A program made the translations under genes and the position numbers. This document shows positions 54,395 to 64,000 of a DNA stretch of 64,000 nucleotides, piece by piece (the stretch's first letter is position 1; each line of letters begins with the position of its first letter). Under the pieces are notes generated by a model, which saw only the letters and a list, made by a program, of their open reading frames with translations, did not search any database and was not told the origin of the DNA. Source of the stretch: the human T2T-CHM13v2.0 reference genome, Homo sapiens. Location: the NCBI RefSeq assembly GCF_009914755.1, contig NC_060932.1. One strand, given 5' to 3'.

Positions 54395-55400
54395 ATTTGT
54401 CCAGCACTGTCAGTGAAGTACACCACTCCCTTTCTGCTTCAGATAGTTGGAACCAAGGGTCTTCCCACCTAGCAAGTGGTGACAGCAGTGGAGTTACCAC
54501 CAGTGTTGTCCCATCATTCATGAACAAGAGGTTGAATATAGGGGAGGCCACTTCCTCCTGCAGCTTAGAAAGACCTCCTTTATCAATTTAGCCCTGTCCT
54601 GAAGGTACCATTTTCATTTTTTTTTTCAGTAGCCATGCCATGCCATGGGGCAAGGGGGTTTCCTTAACTCAGGGCATGATGGGCACTTGGGTTCTGAGCC
54701 CCAGTGGCTTAGAACTTGCAATGGTCCCAGACTCTAATAATGCCCAATAGGCCACCAGAAGTTGATGAATCCAAAGGCATACAGCAGGAGGCCATGAGAG
54801 ACAAGCATCTGGATGAGAACCCCATGGGTAGCCAGTGAACATCATGCTTCATCCATAAGCTCCAGGAGCCATGTTCCTCAGTGGCCAGGGCTTACACTCA
54901 GAAGTCAGTACTGGATGGCACTTGAGGAAGGGTTGTTGTATGGCCAGTTGTACCAGCTCTGAGGCATGTTGCTGTGGGAACCCTCATGTGAAGGTGATGG
55001 ATTTACAGGTGATCTCATAAATTGGCCAGAAGAACAGCAGGAGATGTGATAAATACTAATACCAGGAGCCAAAGAAACCCAATAGGTATGGGGTCATGTT
55101 GAGCATCGAGGGAGTTTTTAAGAGACGCTATTATTTGACTACATCAGGAATCTGACTACTCTCAGAGGACCAGAAAATGCCCAGGAACTTAATTTGAGTG
55201 GCAAGGCTCTGAAATTTATTGGGACACAATGGCTCAACTTCTACTTCAAAGACCAGCAATTAATGTGATCAAGTCTTGCAGGAGTGACTCTTGGAGCCAG
55301 ATCCAGGATATCCACACTATCATCACAGAGATGAAACACAGTCACCTTCTTTGGAGGACTTGGCAGATTTATACAATGACAGCTGCAAGCATGAAATTTG
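54395..55400 (-). pseudogene. pol: retroviral pol remnant (RT palm/thumb/connection, start of RNase H), with stops and frameshifts
   Basis: HLCDD (degenerate YxDD, 55319-55333), KFQSLATQIKFLGIFW, LLGFFGSW, PIYEITCKS, QLLVAYWALLE, LQEEVAS, PLARWEDPWFQLSEAE are colinear with HERV-L Pol (KIQGPSTSVKFLG, QLLACYWALVE, LHEEVAQ). Confidence 0.85.
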
Positions 55401-55899
55401 GCTTTGAGCAATCCCAATTATTTATTTGGATATTGGAAAGACCAAGGTCAGTATTTTATAAGGAGCTTCTCTACTAAGACACTCAAATGTAGGTGCCATG
55501 ATGGCAGGGAGGGGTTTTATTTCCACTTTTAATTTTTTTTTTTTACTTTTATTTTAGGTTCAGTGATACATGTGCAGGAATGTTATATAGGAAAACTTGT
55601 GTCACAGGGATTTGTTGTACAGATTATTTCATCACCCAGGTACTAAGCCCAGTACACAATAGTTATTTTTTCTGATCCTCTCCCTCTGCCCATTCTCTGC
55701 CCTCAAGTAGGTTGGCCCCGGTATCTGTTGTTCCCCTCTTTGTGTCCATGTGTTCTCATGATTTAGCTCCCACTTTAAGTGAGAACATGCAGTCTTTGGT
55801 TTTCTGTTCCTGCATTAATTTGCTAAGGATAATGGCTTCCAGCTCTATCCACGTTCCTGCAAAACACATGATCTTTTTCTTTTTTATGGCTGCATAGTA

Positions 55900-59877
<3,978 letters not shown>

Positions 59878-59949
59878 TGTGGTGTTAGCTCATTATTATG
59901 CCAGCATGTTTTTGCAGTAGCTTTATAGTGTCAGAGGTCTGTGTACTTA

Positions 59950-60950
59950 GGTGTATTTTTGTATTGGCTAGTAATGGTCTTTCCTTTTCATATTTAGTGC
60001 TCCTTTCAAGATCTCTTGTAATGTGAGTCTGGTGGTAACAAACTCAGTATTTGCTTCTCTGAAAAGTATCTTATTTCTCCTTCAATGAGGAAGCTTAGTT
60101 TGGCTGGATATGAGACTCTTGGTTGAAGACTTTTTTTTAAAGAACATTAAATATAGGTCCCAAATTTCTTCTGGATTGTAGGATTTCTGCTGAGAGGTGG
60201 GGTTAGCCTGATGGGGTTTCTCTTGTAGCTGACCTGCCTTTTTTGCTAGCTGCCTTTAACATTCTTTCATTTGACCTTTAAAAATCTGATGATTATGTGT
60301 CTCTGGGATAATCATTTGCAGAATCTTGCAAGAGTTATCTGTATTTCCTGAATCTGACCATTGGCCTCTCTAGTGAGATTGAGGAGGTTTTCATGAACAA
60401 TATCCTGAAATATGTTTTTCAAGTTGTTTGCTTTCTCCCTATCCCTTTCAGGGATGCCAATGATTCATAGATTTGGCCTCTTTACATCATCTCATATTTC
60501 TTGGAGGTTTTGTTTGTTCATCTTCATTCTTTTTTCTTCATTTTTGTCTGACTGTCTTATATCAGAGAACCAGTTTTCAAGTTCTGAGATTTTTTCCTCA
60601 GTTTGGGCTATTCAGCTGTTAATACTTGTGACTGCATTGTGAAATTCTTGTAGTGTGCTTTTCAGCTCTATCAGATTTGTTAGCTTCTTTTTTATACTGG
60701 CTCTTTTGTCTCTCAGCTCCTGTATTGTTTTATTGTGGTTCTTAGTTTCCTTGAATTGGGATTTGCTCTTCTCCTGAATCTTGATAATCATTCCTATCCA
60801 TTTTCTGAATTCTATTTCTGTCATTTCAGCCAACTCAGCCTAGTTAAGAACCTTTGTTGAAGAACTAGTGTGATCATTTTGAGGACATAGGACACTCTAC
60901 TCTGGCCATTTGAGTTGCCAGAGTTCTTACATTAGTTCTTTCTCATCTCT
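59950..60950 (-). pseudogene. L1 ORF1p, disrupted
   Basis: ORF 60612-60833 MAEMTEIEFRKWI...ELKSTLQEFHNAVTSINS is the ORF1p coiled-coil region. Confidence 0.8.
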
Positions 60951-61049
60951 GCATATGGGTGTTCCTTTAACTGCTGAGCCACTTCTGATTGAAGTGATGA
61001 GGTGGGGGCAGCGTAATTGTGTTGGAGTCTCAGGTCAGGCAGCCTTGCC

Positions 61050-62070
61050 CATTGAGAAGTGAGGACCAGAACCTGTGTGGAGAAGAGTCTGGCCACCTTT
61101 CCATGAGGTGACCACTCTGTTTTCATGATCCAAACCAGCCTCTGGTCCCCGTAGACTCTCCAGAGCCTGGAGACAGCAAGGGCATGGGCTTCAAATGGCA
61201 ACTCACCCCTCCTGCTGGGAGCTCTGTCCCAGGGAGTTTCAGAGCTGCTACTGGTTAGATATCCCTAGCTTGGGCAGGGGGTGGGTAGCTGGAGACCCTG
61301 GACAGGAGGACCCACCCAGTGAGGAGATGAGGGATTGGGAATCTACATAACAAAAGTCTGGCCACTTTTCCATAGGGCTGCTGCAGTGTGCTGGGGGTCC
61401 ACTCCAGTCCCTAGTCACCTTGGATTTTCCAGTACCTGAAGGGATCGACAATGAAGGCTGCAAAACTGTAAAAACTGCAGCTTGCCCCACCCTCTGAGAG
61501 TTTCAACCCAGGGAAGTATGAACCTGCTGCTGGCCCAAACACACCAGCAGGGGTGGTTTCAGAACTCAGTCTGGAGATTCCACCCAGTGAATAGAAACAG
61601 GATCCAGGACCTGAGTGAAAAAGCAGTCTGACTGTTTTTCCATAGAGCTTCTGTGCTGTGCTGGGGGACTGCTCCAGTCCTTAGTCACTTCGGACTCCCT
61701 AGAGCCTGAAAGCAAAAACGGCTAAGGCTGTGAAACAGAAAAGATGGCAGCCCATCCCTCCCACTGGGAACTCCATCCCAGGGAGGCTTGGAACCATTGC
61801 CAGAAAACACCAGCAAGGTGGCTAATGACCCCAATCAGGAGATTCAACTCAGTGAGGAGAAGCGGGGTCAGGGACCTGCATTTAAAAAACAGTTTGGCCA
61901 CTTTTTTGTAACACAGCTGCACCAAAGGCAACAATGGCTAAAGCTGCAAAACAGCAAAGATGGTGGTCTCCCTCTCCCTCTGGAAGCTCCATCTCAAGGA
62001 GGTGTAATGCTACTACTGGTGGCTGGTTGGACTTCAAAGCCAGTGGGTCTTTTATCCAGTGAGTTACCAT
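61050..62070 (-). repeat. ~269-bp diverged tandem repeat (about 4 copies) in the L1 5'UTR
   Basis: gtctggccac-type anchor recurs at 61087, 61356, 61626 and 61892. Confidence 0.8.
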
Positions 62071-63653
62071 AGAAGTGGGGCCTGCAACTGTAGCTGCTCA
62101 GCCTACTAGATTCAGTCCCTTTCCTAGGGGTATGTACAGGGATCTAACCTCCCACTTTGCTAGAGCTGCAGGTGCTTTTGCCAGGAAGTCTGATATCTAA
62201 AGTTCCCAGGGCTCTAGGTATACCTGGGCAGCTGCCCTGCTGAAACTCCATGTAGCTGTGCATGTCAGACGACAAGCCCTGGTGTGGTGGGTTTACGAGG
62301 GGATCTCCTGACCCAAGGATTGCAAAGATCCATGGGAGAAACATGGGTCCCCAAGGTTGTTCACTCATTCACCCACCACTTCCCTGGGTTGGGGAGGCTC
62401 CCCTGGCTCCATGTCATTCCCAGGTGGACAGTCATCCTGCCTTGCTTTTCTCTGTTCTCCGTGGGTTGAGTTGTTTTCTTGATGAATCCCAATGCATGTA
62501 CCTGAATACTTCAAGTTGCTTCAAGTTGAAGGTGCTTTATTTACTCACCTCTTCTATTTCTCTCCGTGAGAGTGGTGCACACTAGCTGCTTCTAGTCAGC
62601 TATCTCAGCCAGCCCCTTTTTCATCAGTTCCTTCTACTTTTTAAATTTTGTTCTCTGTATATTCTCTGTGCCTGGTACATAGCTGGTACGCAATAATTAT
62701 TCATCAAATAAATGAACTCACAGCTTCCAACTCATATGAATCACTGGCATTTAGTTATCTCAGATTAACTATCTCCCTAAAGGCTAGCATTACTAGAGGT
62801 TTCCAATTTGCAGGCTCAATTAACACCTGATGAAACATTGTTCCTTGACCTCCTGCTTTTGCACTTAGACAGGGCCATTCCAGTGTCATTGATGAAGGAA
62901 CAAATGTTTTCCAGGGACTCTGAAATCAAAAGACCTTGGTTGCACCCTCACTCTACCTAGAGGTGCAAGTGCAGACAGCACTGCTTTCTGTGAGCATAAC
63001 CTTCTGAGCTGCAATTAAGCCTCTTTTCTCCCTCTTTCATGTCTCACTTTTTGTCTTCATCTGGGAGATAGGGAACAAAACTGTCACTATTGATCTTACC
63101 CCTTCTCCTTCTTTCTATCAAGTCTCAGCAGATTTTCTCCCTTATTTGCTGATTGTCTTTCTTAGCTTGGTCTGGGTTTGGTCTGGCTGTGCCCAGAAAG
63201 GCACTGCTCACTCCCCTCTGTACTAGGAAGAGTACTTAGATCACCTGGGGGTCCAAGGTTGCTTGCAGTCTTCTGTGCCAGCTCAAAGCACAAGACCACC
63301 CCACTGCCTTCTACTGTCATACCATACAATTACACATGCCTGACTCTAGAATACTAACATTTAGCCAGGAATTTAACTTCCCCTACTCTAATATAATAGA
63401 TATGCCCTCACCTTAACACTGTCCAGTTAACATTGATATAACTTGTAAAATATTAGCTGACATTCTTCAGCATTTTCTATCTTTTAAAATTACCTATTTA
63501 TCAGTCAAGATAATAAAGTGGTTTGAAAAAGGAAAAAAAATATCTGTGTGTTGCATGAAAACACACATGAGGCAGACTCACTCTTTATCTGACAGACCTT
63601 GACTGGGCCCACTAACCAGCTGATATTGGTACAGACATAATTGGCATCATAAT

Positions 63654-63698
63654 CTCCTCATGGGCTGCTCCTAATGGGCTGCTCCTAATGGGCAGCTC
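63654..63698. repeat. 14-bp tandem repeat CTCCTAATGGGCTG x3
   Basis: Units at 63654, 63668 and 63682, one mismatch each in copies 1 and 3. Confidence 0.9.
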
Positions 63699-64000
63699 AT
63701 GTCTGCAGCAGAAGCCACTGGATACTAGAATCCCAAGGCAGTTCCCACATATGCAGCACACCACCTCCAGTCAGCCTGGGTTTTACCTCACCCACCAGCC
63801 CAGACAGCACCTGCCAATCAAAACACTCAGATAATTTGCCCTTCTACTATGGAATAAAGAATGTTCATGGCTGTTTTAAAGGACTTGCCGCACTTCTCTT
63901 CCCTTGAACTTCATCACTCAGAGCCTAGACTTTGTGCTGGAAGAGGTTTCTTACTTTGCAGTAAAGCTTTTCCACGCTATGCTCAATCTCTGGTGCCTTA

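Larger units (their letters stand above)
52741..55480 (-). mobile_element. LTR-less class III (ERV-L/ERV-S-like) endogenous retrovirus internal remnant with pol and env
   Basis: Hand translation gives ERVL-type RT and connection motifs at 54.4-55.4 kb and a gamma-type Env TM at 52.7-53.3 kb. Confidence 0.85.

Overview
Primate, very probably human, non-coding DNA dominated by transposable elements. I see no protein-coding host gene, CpG island or RNA gene. Contents: about 14 Alu/FLAM elements, many with readable target-site duplications (TSDs); a full-length dead L1PA13-type LINE-1 (55.5-62.6 kb, minus); several truncated L1s; MaLR LTRs (THE1B, two MSTA, MLT1s); MLT2 and LTR40-like ERVL LTRs; MER4-group ERV1 LTRs; one MER81 MITE; MIR/L2 relics; and microsatellites. 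The ORF-track entries are repeat-derived or unassignable. Three structures stand out. (1) An LTR-less endogenous retrovirus remnant (52.7-55.5 kb, minus) joins an ERV-L/ERV-S class III pol to a gamma-type env, with RNase H and integrase deleted. (2) One L1PA7 insertion (45.7-48.2 kb) shows both a twin-priming inversion and a ~500 bp 3' transduction under a single TSD pair. (3) A 214 bp orphan insert (8.8-9.0 kb) is poly(A)-tailed and TSD-flanked. I found no convincing new functional system. Subfamily names come from recalled consensus sequences, not a database search, and boundaries of old repeats are approximate.
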